Source: an uncultured bacterium (GTDB taxonomy: Bacteria > Joyebacterota > Joyebacteria > Joyebacterales > Joyebacteraceae). From it: a stretch of 64,000 bases of DNA. The number at the start of each line of letters is the position of its first letter. Within the stretch, counting starts at the first letter, position 1. Under the pieces are notes generated by a model. It ran no database searches. It was given only the letters and a program-made list of their open reading frames with translations, and was not told the DNA's origin. The position numbers and the translations under genes are program-made. This document shows positions 35,641 through 45,529 of this stretch, piece after piece. The stretch lies in the NCBI GenBank assembly GCA_964516845.1, contig CAZEXP010000006.1:16503-80502 (forward strand). Reading direction: 5' to 3'.

Positions 35641-36453
35641 ATGAGCAAGATCTCGAAGGCGATGGACAAGGCCGCGCGCGAGAACGAGCGCGACGACTTC
35701 AGCGGGCCGGACGGTTCTGATACCAGAGGATTCGTTGCGGACGAGCCCGGTGTCGAGCGTGAGGGCGGTGAAGCCGTGACCGCCCGCAGGATTTCCGTGC
35801 CCGGCACTGTCGGACCGCTGCCGCCGCCGGAGAACGTCGAGGAGTACCACGGTCTCGCGTCCGAGATCTACCTGGCGCTTCCGGACATCCGGTCGAGGGT
35901 CATCATGCTCACAAGCGCCGTCGACGGCGAGGGGACAAGCACGGTCTCGCGCGAATTCGCCCAGACGCTCGCGCTCGCCAACGAGGTCGACACGCTGCTC
36001 GTCGATGCGAATCTCCGCAGGCCCGGGCTTCATCGCGCGCTTCGCGTGCAGCAGGATCCCGGCTTGACGGATGCCGTTCTGGGCGGCGTGCCCGTGGAGC
36101 AGTGCATCCAGAAGACACCGGTGCCGCACCTGTCGTTGTTGGCGGCGGGACGGCGCGTCGTGGCGCCACCGCGCGTGTTCACGGACCCGAACATGGATGA
36201 TGTCATCGGTTCGATACGCAGGAAGTTCGCGCTGACGGTCATCGACATGCCGCCGGTGCTGTCATTCTCGGAGGGGCTTCAGCTCTCGGGGAGGGTTGAC
36301 GGCGTCGTGCTGGTCATTCGCGCCGGCGGAACGAAGCGTCAGCTCGTGGAACTGGCTGCCGAACGGCTGCAGGGCGCCGGAGCCAACATTCTGGGAACCG
36401 TCCTGAACAGACGCAGGTTCTACATACCCCGCATGATCTACGAACGGTTGTAG
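35641..36453 (+). CDS. BY-kinase-like (CpsD/CapB/EpsG-type) P-loop protein with a non-canonical Walker A
   Basis: ATG after GGGAAGGACCGGG. Walker A-like TSAVDGEGTST with Thr in place of the canonical Lys. Walker A' LLVDANLRRP and Walker B LTVIDMPPV are present. No C-terminal tyrosine cluster. Confidence 0.7.
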   Translation: MSKISKAMDKAARENERDDFSGPDGSDTRGFVADEPGVEREGGEAVTARRISVPGTVGPLPPPENVEEYHGLASEIYLALPDIRSRVIMLTSAVDGEGTSTVSREFAQTLALANEVDTLLVDANLRRPGLHRALRVQQDPGLTDAVLGGVPVEQCIQKTPVPHLSLLAAGRRVVAPPRVFTDPNMDDVIGSIRRKFALTVIDMPPVLSFSEGLQLSGRVDGVVLVIRAGGTKRQLVELAAERLQGAGANILGTVLNRRRFYIPRMIYERL

Positions 36454-36606
36454 CGACGATCATCCGCGGTCGCGCTCCGGAAGCGGGGAGAGCGCCGCCC
36501 TGGAACAGACAAACCGCTCTCCCGGGCCCGCGCAGATATCCATGCGGCGCCACACGGGGCGCTTGTGCGCCCGGATGCAGCGCCGGAGGGTCAGGAGGGA
36601 GCGAGC

Positions 36607-38160
36607 ATGAGTGGTCTCACCCAGCGCCTGCAGGATCTGTACGAGCGGAGCGAGGAGTTCCTCGGTCGCTCGTGGCCGGTGTGGGTGGCCGCTATCCTCT
36701 TCTACGCTGCCTGCTCATGGGTTCTCCTCACCAAGGTCCGATTCTCCGATCCGCTCTTCTTCGTCGTCTTCGTCATGGCGGTCGTCATCGTCACGCTGAC
36801 GCTCATTCGGATCGAATGGGCTCTTCTCGGACTGTGCGCCATGATCGCTTTTACGCGGCCAGGCATCAGCTTCGGGGTCCATAACGCCTTCCATGTCAGT
36901 GGCTTCAATGTCGCCCTGCTCGGTGTGTGGGTCGTCTATCTCATTCGATACGCGTCGGACCGAACGTTTGCGGCGAAGGGGCCGCTCGTGCGCAAGACGC
37001 CGATCGATCGCATCGCGGTCGCCCTTCTGCTGCTCATGACGCTGGCGATGATGGTCGGTCTGACCAAGAACACGGGCGGATACGCGCTCGGTCGGGTCGT
37101 ACTCTATTGGAAAGAGCACGTTCTGTACTTCGCGTGGTTCTACCTTGTCGTTACGTTCCTCAGGGAACCTCGGGATCTGAGACGGTTCGCGACGACATTC
37201 GCGGTGGCAGGAGTCCTTGTCGCCGCCATCGGACTGCTGCAGCGATTCGGGGGCGCCGTCGAGGCCGCTCACGCTACCGAGGAGCAGCTCGAAGCCGGAG
37301 TGATGGGAGGAGGTCGCTCGGAGGGAACGGGCTTCCTCGGACTGGGGCACCCGAACTTTCTCGGGGCGTTCCTCATCATGTCGCTTCCCACGTGGTTCTT
37401 CATGGTGGATCACCTGAAGCGGTGGTACCACAGAGTGCTGGCCGATATTGGCATCCTGATGGGCCTTCTGGCCCTGCTCTTCACCTATTCACGGAGCGCC
37501 TGGATGGGTGTTGTCGGGGGCATCGGAATGCTCGGTCTGACCGATCGGCGCGCGCTCCGCAGGATCTTCGTGTTTCTCATTCTGTTCGCGATCGTCGCAC
37601 AGAGTCTCTCGCTGGCGTACGCCGGACGTGGCGTTGTCGATCTGATCTCCTTCCGATTCCAGGAACTCAGCAGGAGCGGGTACTCGTCGCGTCCCGCGAT
37701 CTTCCGTGCAGCGTTCGACGTGATCGCTGAGAATCCGGTCGTCGGCGTGGGCCCGTCCGCGTTTCCGTGGCATGCCGACCACAGCATGGTCGGGGGCCGA
37801 TATCTCTCTCAGGCACACAACCTTCTGCTGACACTTGCAGCGGAGGACGGCATTCCCTTCACGCTGGTGTTCATGTTGTTCATGGGGGTCATCCTGAGAA
37901 TGGCGTTTCGCAATCTGCGGGCGCTTGCCCGCTACCCGGGATATGCGTTCATCGCGCAGGGTGCCTACGCGGGGTTGCTCGCCGTCCTGACTCAGTCGTT
38001 CGTTGTCCATCTATTCTATCATCGCAATGTCGGATTCGCTTTCTACGCGCTGCTCGCCATCATCGTCTCTCTGGATCGGATGATCCGTGAGGGCCGGTTC
38101 GAGCCGCCCGCGGTCGGTGAGATCGTGGCGCCGGACGGCACGTGGAAGGGGCAGTCATGA
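36607..38160 (+). CDS. O-antigen ligase/polymerase-like (Wzy_C domain; exosortase-A-associated O-glycosylation-ligase-like)
   Basis: Start taken at MSGLT after an AGGAGGGA Shine-Dalgarno (the ORF track has 36565). About 12 TM helices. Wzy_C signatures FTYSRSAWMG and AHNLLLTLAAEDGIPF. Confidence 0.7.
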   Translation: MSGLTQRLQDLYERSEEFLGRSWPVWVAAILFYAACSWVLLTKVRFSDPLFFVVFVMAVVIVTLTLIRIEWALLGLCAMIAFTRPGISFGVHNAFHVSGFNVALLGVWVVYLIRYASDRTFAAKGPLVRKTPIDRIAVALLLLMTLAMMVGLTKNTGGYALGRVVLYWKEHVLYFAWFYLVVTFLREPRDLRRFATTFAVAGVLVAAIGLLQRFGGAVEAAHATEEQLEAGVMGGGRSEGTGFLGLGHPNFLGAFLIMSLPTWFFMVDHLKRWYHRVLADIGILMGLLALLFTYSRSAWMGVVGGIGMLGLTDRRALRRIFVFLILFAIVAQSLSLAYAGRGVVDLISFRFQELSRSGYSSRPAIFRAAFDVIAENPVVGVGPSAFPWHADHSMVGGRYLSQAHNLLLTLAAEDGIPFTLVFMLFMGVILRMAFRNLRALARYPGYAFIAQGAYAGLLAVLTQSFVVHLFYHRNVGFAFYALLAIIVSLDRMIREGRFEPPAVGEIVAPDGTWKGQS

Positions 38161-39335
38161 TGTCTCGGGTGCGCTCCGGCGACATTCCCCGGACGATCGC
38201 TTTCTATACGGACGCCCGCGCGTGGGGGGGGGCTGAGGTCTATATGACCCAGCTTGTGTGCGGACTCCGCCGCGCGGGATACGAGACGCCGCTTTTTGTG
38301 GCGGACTGGCCCGTGGCGGACACGTGGGTGGCTCATCTCGAGGAACTCGGCTTCGACGTGACGAGGTACCGTCGCGGCAAGGAGTACAGCCTGCGGATGT
38401 TCGTCGACTCGCTCAGGCTCCTTCGCGGATACGAGTTCATTCACTTCAACAAGACTCACCCCAGGAACAGCCTGCCGGCCGTTCTGGCCGCCCGGTTCGC
38501 GGGTGCTCGCGCCGTCGTCACGACCGAACATCTCGCGATCGCGCCGGACTCACATTTCCCGTTCGGCAGGTTCCTGATCACGAGCCTTGTCCGGCTCTCC
38601 AATCTGCCGGTGGACCGCACGATCGCGGTGAGCGAGCTGAGTCGTGAGATGCTGATCGACCACTACCGCATCCCGCCTGATCGGATCCTCGCCATCCGCA
38701 ACGGGATCGAGATCGAAGGGGCCGACGTGCTGCATGACACCGCGGCGACCCGTGAGGCTCTGGGGTTGGCGCCGACCGATGTCGTGGGTGTGCTGGTCGG
38801 CCGGCTCGTTGGAAGGAAGGGCCACAGCACGTCGCTTCAGGCGCTCCCCGCCGTGCTCTCCCGGGTGCCGGGATTCAAGCTGGTCTTCGTCGGGGACGGC
38901 GACATCGAAGACGAACTCCGCGCCGAGGCCGAGGCGCTGGGCGTCGCGGAGCACGTCGTGTGGGCCGGCTTCAGACGAGACGTCCCCGACATTCTTGCGT
39001 CGGTCGATCTCCTCATTCTCCCCTCCGAGGCGGAGTGTCTGCCCTACGTCATCCTTGAGGCGATGGGAGCGCGGTTGCCCGTTGTGGCGGCCGACGTGGG
39101 TGGCGTGAGCGAGCAGATCGACGATGGAGTGACGGGGAGGCTCATCAGGCCCAGGGATCCTGACGGACTGGCTTCGGCGATGCTGGAGATCATGGAACGT
39201 CCCGACCGCGGGGCATCCATGGGTGAAGCCGGACGCGCGAAGCTCGAGCGCGAGTTCTCGGTGGACGGGTGCGTGAACGCCGTGCTCGATGTCTACGACG
39301 AGGTGTGGAAGGCGAGACGGGGCGACCGATCATGA
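38157..39335 (+). CDS. Glycosyltransferase family 4
   Basis: ATG overlaps the upstream stop. C-terminal ...LPSEAECLPYVILEAMGARLPVVAADVGGVSEQIDDG is the GT4 EX7E motif. Confidence 0.8.
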   Translation: MMSRVRSGDIPRTIAFYTDARAWGGAEVYMTQLVCGLRRAGYETPLFVADWPVADTWVAHLEELGFDVTRYRRGKEYSLRMFVDSLRLLRGYEFIHFNKTHPRNSLPAVLAARFAGARAVVTTEHLAIAPDSHFPFGRFLITSLVRLSNLPVDRTIAVSELSREMLIDHYRIPPDRILAIRNGIEIEGADVLHDTAATREALGLAPTDVVGVLVGRLVGRKGHSTSLQALPAVLSRVPGFKLVFVGDGDIEDELRAEAEALGVAEHVVWAGFRRDVPDILASVDLLILPSEAECLPYVILEAMGARLPVVAADVGGVSEQIDDGVTGRLIRPRDPDGLASAMLEIMERPDRGASMGEAGRAKLEREFSVDGCVNAVLDVYDEVWKARRGDRS

Positions 39336-40576
39336 GCGGGCCGTTGAACATCCTCTGTATCAACCAGTTCTTCATACCCGACAGCCTCGGGGGCGTCGAG
39401 CGTGTCGCGCACGAGACGATGACGCGGCTCGCTGCTCGCGGTCATCGAGTCGACCTCGTCGGACAGCGGACGCGCGCGGGGACACCGGACACCGAGGTCA
39501 TCGACGGGATTACAATGCACCGCTACGGACGCGCTGAGAGCAGTCGCCGGCCGGGCGGCAGGACGCGCGACGCGCTCCGGGCGTCGCGACCGGTGCTGGC
39601 CGACCTGGCGCGGTCGAAGCGGTACGATGTCGTGCTCCCGCACCACTACTTTCCGTACTACGCATACCTCCGGACGATTGAGGCGTCGCAGACGCCGGAG
39701 ATCATGACGTTCCACGCGTCATACTGGCAGGAACTCAGGCTCGAGGGTGCGGAGCGGACGTTCGCCAAACCGCTCGAGTCTCTCCTGTTCGGACGCATGG
39801 CGCGACGGACCGAGGTCGCCTGTCTCAAGCGGGCCGACCGGGTCGTGGTCCTCTCCGATTTCTCGGCGGACCAGCTCGACAGCTACTACGCGTTCGCCAG
39901 ACCGAAGGTCATCAAGATCCCGGGAGGCGTCGATCTCGACCGTTTCCATCCCGCTGACGACAGAGCGGAATCGAAGCGCGAACTCGGGCTTCCGGAGTCG
40001 GGGCCCATTCTGTTCACGGCAAGGAGGCTCGTCCCGAGGATGGGGCTTTCGAACCTCGTCGCCGCGTTCGCCGAGGTGCACCGCTCGTGGCCCGACGCGA
40101 CGCTCGTTATCGCGGGGCGTGGCCGGCTCGAGAGCGATCTGAGAATGCAGGTTGCCTCGCTCGGGCTCTCTGAGTCCGTGCGGTTCGCGGGCTTCGTCTC
40201 GGAGGAGCAGTTGCCGCAGTACCATCGGGCGGCCGACCTCTTCGTGCTGCCGTCGGCGGCGTTCGAGGGGTTCGGGATGGTGACGCTCGAGGCGCTCGCG
40301 AGCGGAACACCCGCTATCGGGACGCCGGTCGGGGCCACACCGGAGCTTCTCAAGCCTCTGGCTCCGCAGCTCGTGTTCGCTGGGGCGGATCGCGCTGCGC
40401 TTCGACGCGGCATATGCTCGGTCCTCGAGTGGCTGTCGAACGAGCGAGCGGCGACCGATCTCAGGACCAGATGCCGCACGTACGTCGAGGAGAACTACGG
40501 GTGGGACCTGGCGATCGATGCCCTGGAAGCTTTGATCGGCGAGACGATCGCAGAGAAGGAGCGTGCTCGTGGCTGA
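39332..40576 (+). CDS. Glycosyltransferase family 4
   Basis: ATG overlaps the upstream stop (ATGA). ...LPSAAFEGFGMVTLEALASGTPAIGTPVGATPELL is a GT4 motif. Confidence 0.8.
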   Translation: MSGPLNILCINQFFIPDSLGGVERVAHETMTRLAARGHRVDLVGQRTRAGTPDTEVIDGITMHRYGRAESSRRPGGRTRDALRASRPVLADLARSKRYDVVLPHHYFPYYAYLRTIEASQTPEIMTFHASYWQELRLEGAERTFAKPLESLLFGRMARRTEVACLKRADRVVVLSDFSADQLDSYYAFARPKVIKIPGGVDLDRFHPADDRAESKRELGLPESGPILFTARRLVPRMGLSNLVAAFAEVHRSWPDATLVIAGRGRLESDLRMQVASLGLSESVRFAGFVSEEQLPQYHRAADLFVLPSAAFEGFGMVTLEALASGTPAIGTPVGATPELLKPLAPQLVFAGADRAALRRGICSVLEWLSNERAATDLRTRCRTYVEENYGWDLAIDALEALIGETIAEKERARG

Positions 40577-42902
40577 CCGCTCGAGACTCGCGTGGGGCGC
40601 GAAGCGGCTCCTGGCGATGACGCCGTCCGAGATGACGGTGCGTGCGGCGCGAGCCGTGCGGAACCGGGTCCGGCGTCCTTCGGGCGTCGTGAGTGCTTCG
40701 GAGCTTGCTCGTTCGGCCCGGATACTCGCTCCGAGCGAGCTGCACGGACACGAGACCAGCGTCGGCGCGATCAGGGCGACGCTCGACGAGGGCCGCGGAA
40801 CGCTGCTTCCCGGCGCGCGCGAGACGGCGGGGATCGCACGCGAGCTCGACCGGATGGGTATCTCCCCAACGCGCGTAGTCGCGGCGGCGGACGCGGTGCT
40901 CGAGGGCCGTCTTCCGGCGTTCGGGTGGACGAGCTTCGAAGCCGGGTATCCGCCGGACTGGCATGCCGATCCGATGTCGGGGGAGCGGTGGCCCCTCGAG
41001 TACTGGGCCGAGCTGGACTTCCGTTTCAAGCCGGGTCTTGAGGAACCACGATATGTTTGGGAGGTCAACAGACAGCATGAACTTGTGACGCTCGGTCGGG
41101 CGTGGGCGCTGACCGGCGAGGAGCGGTACGCGCGAGCCGTCTGGGAATCGATGGTGTCGTGGGCCGAGCGGAATCCACCGTTCTTCGGCATAAACTGGAC
41201 GAGCGCCATGGAAGTCGCGATTCGACTTGTCTCGTGGTCGCTCGCGATCGATCTGGTGGGCACGGTTGGTGCAACGGATACCGACGTCCGTACGGTTGTC
41301 GCCAGCGCCGCATTGCAGGCCGCTCATCTGTCTGATAACCTATCGGTTTACGCCTCTTCGCGGAACAACCACCTGATCGGGGAGGCGGCGGGGCTTGTGG
41401 TCGTCGGCGCGAAATTCCCGTTCCTCAGAGGGGCGGGACGGTGGCTCGCCTCCGGACTCGGGCACGTCCGGCGCGAGATCGTCCAACAGGTCACGGTCGA
41501 CGGCGTGCCGAGGGAGCAGGCGCTCCACTACGGTGCGTTCGTCATCGAGTTCGCACTGGTCGCCTCGGCGGCGCTCCGAACGCGCGGCTCCGATCTGCCG
41601 GCTCCTGTGAAGGAGCGTCTGGCCCGGATGGCGGCGTTTCTCGGATCTGTCGCGTCAGCCGACGGTGTGGTTCCCGAGATCGGGGATGCCGACGGCGGCA
41701 GGGTCTTTGAATTGTCCGACCGCGAGGGCAGGCAGGCGATGCGTGCCGCCGCCTGCGCGGCGCTTGAGGCGGGCGCATGGATCCCGGCCGCAGCCGAGGA
41801 GGCCGATCTGGAACCGGCGCTCTGGCTGCGCGGACCCGATGTCGTGCGCCACGCGCTCGACTCGGAGCATGACCGGCGGACGCGCGAAGGCGCGGGGTTT
41901 CCCGAGGGAGGCTACTTCGTACTCTCGCACGGCCGGTCTCAGGCCGTCGTCGATTGCGGCGAGCTCGGGTATCTTTCGATCGCCGCGCACGGACACGCGG
42001 ACTGCCTGTCGCTGCTCTACGGGACGGGCGGCCGCTGGCTGACGGTTGACCCGGGAACATTCTGCTACCACGGGTCTCGCGACTGGCGTGATCACTTCCG
42101 CTCGACGGCCGCGCACAACACGGTCGCGGTCGACGGACGGAGCCAGTCGGAGAGCATCGGTCCCTTTATGTGGGGCGCGCGCGCGCGATCGCGACAGCAC
42201 GTGTGGTGCAAGACGCTCATGGGGGATGTGTTCGAAGGAAGCTGCGACGGCTACGGCCCGTCGAAGGTCACGCATACGCGAACGGTGGCGCTCATGGCGA
42301 GCGGCTCGTGCGTTGTCATCGACCGGCTCACCGGAAGCGGGCGACACACGGTCTCGTCGGGCTTCCAGCTTCCGCCGGGCGTCTCCGTGACGGAGACGCC
42401 GTTCTCGATGAGAGCGCTTCGCGCGTTCGAGATCGATGGCGGGAACGGCGGGATGATGACGGTCCGCGTGACTGTTCCTCCCGGGTTGGTCTGTGACGTC
42501 GCCGAGGGGGCAGAGAGTCCGAAGGCGGGGTGGACATCGCGCGGATTCGGCGAGCGTTCGCCGGCGCCGCGAATCCAGGTCGGGGGGGAGGTCGATCTCC
42601 CCGCGATGCTCGTCACGGTCTTCGTCCCGGGGGACATGAGCGCCGGTGCGTCGGTCAGGGTTGAGGGAGACGAATACGGTGTGTCGGTCTCTATCGGCTC
42701 CGACGCGGGACGAGAGCGAGTTATCGTGGGTCGCGTCGAGATCGGCAACCTTCGCTTCAGCGGTGCCCTGGGGATGTCCCTCGAGCAGAATCCCAAGACG
42801 GGCATGGCCGGGACCCCACGCGGGGCTGTTGGACTGGGCGTGGAAGAGTGGATGATCGACGGCGAGCCCGTCGACTTTGAGCAAGCCGCGAACCGGCTGT
42901 AG
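40563..42902 (+). CDS. Heparinase II/III-family protein (alginate-lyase-like N-domain + Hepar_II_III C-domain), apparently cytoplasmic
   Basis: 779 aa with no signal peptide. GINWTSAMEVAIRLVSW is the heparinase II/III N-domain motif. ...AAHGHADCLSL... and AAHNTVAVDG are C-domain signatures. Confidence 0.75.
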   Translation: MLVADRSRLAWGAKRLLAMTPSEMTVRAARAVRNRVRRPSGVVSASELARSARILAPSELHGHETSVGAIRATLDEGRGTLLPGARETAGIARELDRMGISPTRVVAAADAVLEGRLPAFGWTSFEAGYPPDWHADPMSGERWPLEYWAELDFRFKPGLEEPRYVWEVNRQHELVTLGRAWALTGEERYARAVWESMVSWAERNPPFFGINWTSAMEVAIRLVSWSLAIDLVGTVGATDTDVRTVVASAALQAAHLSDNLSVYASSRNNHLIGEAAGLVVVGAKFPFLRGAGRWLASGLGHVRREIVQQVTVDGVPREQALHYGAFVIEFALVASAALRTRGSDLPAPVKERLARMAAFLGSVASADGVVPEIGDADGGRVFELSDREGRQAMRAAACAALEAGAWIPAAAEEADLEPALWLRGPDVVRHALDSEHDRRTREGAGFPEGGYFVLSHGRSQAVVDCGELGYLSIAAHGHADCLSLLYGTGGRWLTVDPGTFCYHGSRDWRDHFRSTAAHNTVAVDGRSQSESIGPFMWGARARSRQHVWCKTLMGDVFEGSCDGYGPSKVTHTRTVALMASGSCVVIDRLTGSGRHTVSSGFQLPPGVSVTETPFSMRALRAFEIDGGNGGMMTVRVTVPPGLVCDVAEGAESPKAGWTSRGFGERSPAPRIQVGGEVDLPAMLVTVFVPGDMSAGASVRVEGDEYGVSVSIGSDAGRERVIVGRVEIGNLRFSGALGMSLEQNPKTGMAGTPRGAVGLGVEEWMIDGEPVDFEQAANRL

Positions 42903-42934
42903 GGCGAACGATGGAGAGGAGCGGATCTTCCACC

Positions 42935-44260
42935 ATGAGAATCAGCGTATTGGGTCTTGGATACGTCGGCTGCGTGTCGGCAGCGTGCTTCAGTGATCTC
43001 GGCCACACGATCATCGGTCTTGATGTCGATCCGAGGAAGCTGGAACCACTGAGGAACGGAACGAGTCCGATCGTCGAGCCGGGCCTCACCGATCTGATCG
43101 CGAAGGGTGTTGCCGAGGGGCGGCTGACGGTGACGGAGGACTACGAGCACGCCATCATGAACACTGACATCTCGCTGATCTGCGTCGGCACGCCGTCGAT
43201 GGAGAGCGGGAGTCCGAACCTCGATTACACGAAGCGCGTGTGTGAACAGATGGGTGAGGTGTTCGCGAAGAAGTCGGCGTTCCACACGGTCGTCTTTCGA
43301 AGCACCATCCCTCCGGGCACGGTCGAGAATGAACTCCTCCCGGTGCTCGAGAGGGCGTCCGGGAAGCAGGTCGGGGAGAGCTACGGCGTGCTGTTCAATC
43401 CGGAATTCCTCCGTGAGGCGTCCGCGGTCCAGGATTTCTACCACCCGCCGAAGATCGTCATCGGTGAGCTGGAGCCCGGCTCGAAGGCCGGCGACGTTCT
43501 CGAGGAACTCTACAAACCGATCGATTCGCCGCTCGTGAGGACGAACATCAAGACGTCCGAGATGGTCAAGTACGCGGACAACTGCTTCCACGCGATCAAG
43601 GTCTGTTTCGCCAACGAGATCGGTATCGTCGCGAAGGGCATGGGTGTCCCGGACAGTCACAAGGTCATGGAGATCTTCTGTCTCGACACGCAGCTCAACC
43701 TGTCGCCGTACTACCTCAAGCCCGGCTTCGCGTTCGGCGGTTCGTGTCTGCCGAAGGACCTCAGGGCGATCGTGCGTATGAGTCAGCGGCTCGATCTCGA
43801 GTGCCCTGTGCTCGCGGGCGCCACGCCGTCGAACAAGGCCCACATCCAGAGGGCCATCGACCACATTCGGAACACCGGCATGAAGAAGGTCGGCGTACTC
43901 GGCATGAGCTTCAAGGCCGAGACCGACGACCTGAGAGAGAGTCCGATCGTCCAGGTCGTATCGACGCTGATCGGGAAGGGATACGAGCTCTGCATCTACG
44001 ACGAGAACATCAACTGGCAGGAGCTCTTCGGATCGAACCTCGGCTTCCTCAAACACGAGCTGCCGTACGCGGAGACGCTTCGCGCGTCGAGCGTTGACGA
44101 GCTGCTCGAGCGGTCCGAGGTCATCGTCGTGGCCAACGGCGCGAAGGAATTCCGGGATGTGCCTGAGCGCATGCGCGAGGACCAGGTGATGGTGGACCTC
44201 GTTCGCATCGTGGATGATCCGTCGGTCGCGCGCGGCCGATACATCGGTATCGCCTGGTAG
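42935..44260 (+). CDS. GDP-mannose 6-dehydrogenase (AlgD-like nucleotide-sugar dehydrogenase)
   Basis: Start taken at MRISVLGLGYVGCV after GGAGAGGAG. High similarity to AlgD along the whole length, e.g. GKSPIVEPGL, CVGTPS, PEFLREASAVQDF, PGFAFGGSCLPKD, catalytic Cys, and SFKAETDDLRESP. Confidence 0.85.
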   Translation: MRISVLGLGYVGCVSAACFSDLGHTIIGLDVDPRKLEPLRNGTSPIVEPGLTDLIAKGVAEGRLTVTEDYEHAIMNTDISLICVGTPSMESGSPNLDYTKRVCEQMGEVFAKKSAFHTVVFRSTIPPGTVENELLPVLERASGKQVGESYGVLFNPEFLREASAVQDFYHPPKIVIGELEPGSKAGDVLEELYKPIDSPLVRTNIKTSEMVKYADNCFHAIKVCFANEIGIVAKGMGVPDSHKVMEIFCLDTQLNLSPYYLKPGFAFGGSCLPKDLRAIVRMSQRLDLECPVLAGATPSNKAHIQRAIDHIRNTGMKKVGVLGMSFKAETDDLRESPIVQVVSTLIGKGYELCIYDENINWQELFGSNLGFLKHELPYAETLRASSVDELLERSEVIVVANGAKEFRDVPERMREDQVMVDLVRIVDDPSVARGRYIGIAW

Positions 44261-44311
44261 AGCGCCCGCCGGCGATACGTCCGGCGCGAGGGAGAAGCAC
44301 GGAGGAACAGC

Positions 44312-45529
44312 GTGGAGAAGAACAAGAGGATCCTCATCATCGTCGAGAACCTGCCGGTGCCCTTCGATCGGCGCGTGTGGCTCGAGTCGACGACACTGAA
44401 GTCGGCCGGATACGACGTGTCCGTCATATGTCCCCAGGGCAGAGACTTCCCGGACGAGTTCGAGGTCATCGACGGGATCAGTATCTATCGGTATCCGCCG
44501 CCTCCGCCGACGACGAACAAGCTCTGGTACGCGTGGGAGTTCCCCTACTGCTGGGCCATGACGCTGAAGCTGGCGGCCCGAGTGGCGAGGGATGAGGGTT
44601 TTGACGCGATCCATGCGTGCAACCCGCCGGACACGTTCTTTCTGATCGCCGCGTTGTTCAAGATGCTTCGAAGGAGCAAATTCGTCTTCGATCAGCACGA
44701 CCTCTGCCCGGAGCTCTACCTGTCGCGCTTCGGCGGGAACAGGGCGCTCAACTTCAGTCTCCTCCGGGGACTCGAGTGGCTGACCTATCGAACGGCCGAC
44801 ATGGTGCTGGCGACGAACGTCTCATACAAAGAGCACGCCGCCACGGTCGGAGGGTTCCCCGCGGAGAAGGTATTCGTCGTGCGAAGCGGTCCGAAGATCA
44901 CGAGGTTCACGCCTGTCGAGCCTGAACCCGAACTCAAGCGCGGGAAGCGCTTCCTCATCTGTTATCTGGGCGTCATGGCTCCGCAGGACGGCCTGGACTA
45001 TCTCCTGAGGTCGATCCGTCATGTCGTCGATGTCGTGAAACGGCGCGACGTGCATTTCGTGCTGATCGGCGCCGGCGACTCGTTCGAGAACCTCAAGGCT
45101 CTGCGGGGCGATCTGGGTCTCGATGAGTACGTCGAGATGACCGGCCGCATACCGGACGAGGACGTCCGGCGGTATCTGTCCGCCGCCGACCTTTGCGTCT
45201 GCCCTGACCCGAGGAACCCGCTGAACGACGTCTCGACGATGAACAAGGTCCTTGAGTACATGACCTTCGGGAAGCCGATGGTGTCCTACGACCTCAAGGA
45301 GAGCCACTACTCGGCTCAGGACGGCGCGCTCTACGCGAGGCCGAACGACGAGATCGAGTTCGGCGAGCGTATCATCCAGCTTCTCGACGACCCCAGGCTC
45401 AGAACGCGGATGGGGGAGATGAACCGGAAACGGATAGAGGACGAGCTCTGCTGGGAGCGCACCAGCACGGAGCTCGTCAAGGCATATGACTCGCTCTTTG
45501 GTTTTGGTGACGGGAGTCCGGAGCCGTGA
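44312..45529 (+). CDS. Glycosyltransferase family 4
   Basis: 405 aa. GT-B fold with C-terminal ...CPDPRNPLNDVSTMNKVLEYMTFGKPMVSYDL. Confidence 0.8.
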   Translation: MEKNKRILIIVENLPVPFDRRVWLESTTLKSAGYDVSVICPQGRDFPDEFEVIDGISIYRYPPPPPTTNKLWYAWEFPYCWAMTLKLAARVARDEGFDAIHACNPPDTFFLIAALFKMLRRSKFVFDQHDLCPELYLSRFGGNRALNFSLLRGLEWLTYRTADMVLATNVSYKEHAATVGGFPAEKVFVVRSGPKITRFTPVEPEPELKRGKRFLICYLGVMAPQDGLDYLLRSIRHVVDVVKRRDVHFVLIGAGDSFENLKALRGDLGLDEYVEMTGRIPDEDVRRYLSAADLCVCPDPRNPLNDVSTMNKVLEYMTFGKPMVSYDLKESHYSAQDGALYARPNDEIEFGERIIQLLDDPRLRTRMGEMNRKRIEDELCWERTSTELVKAYDSLFGFGDGSPEP

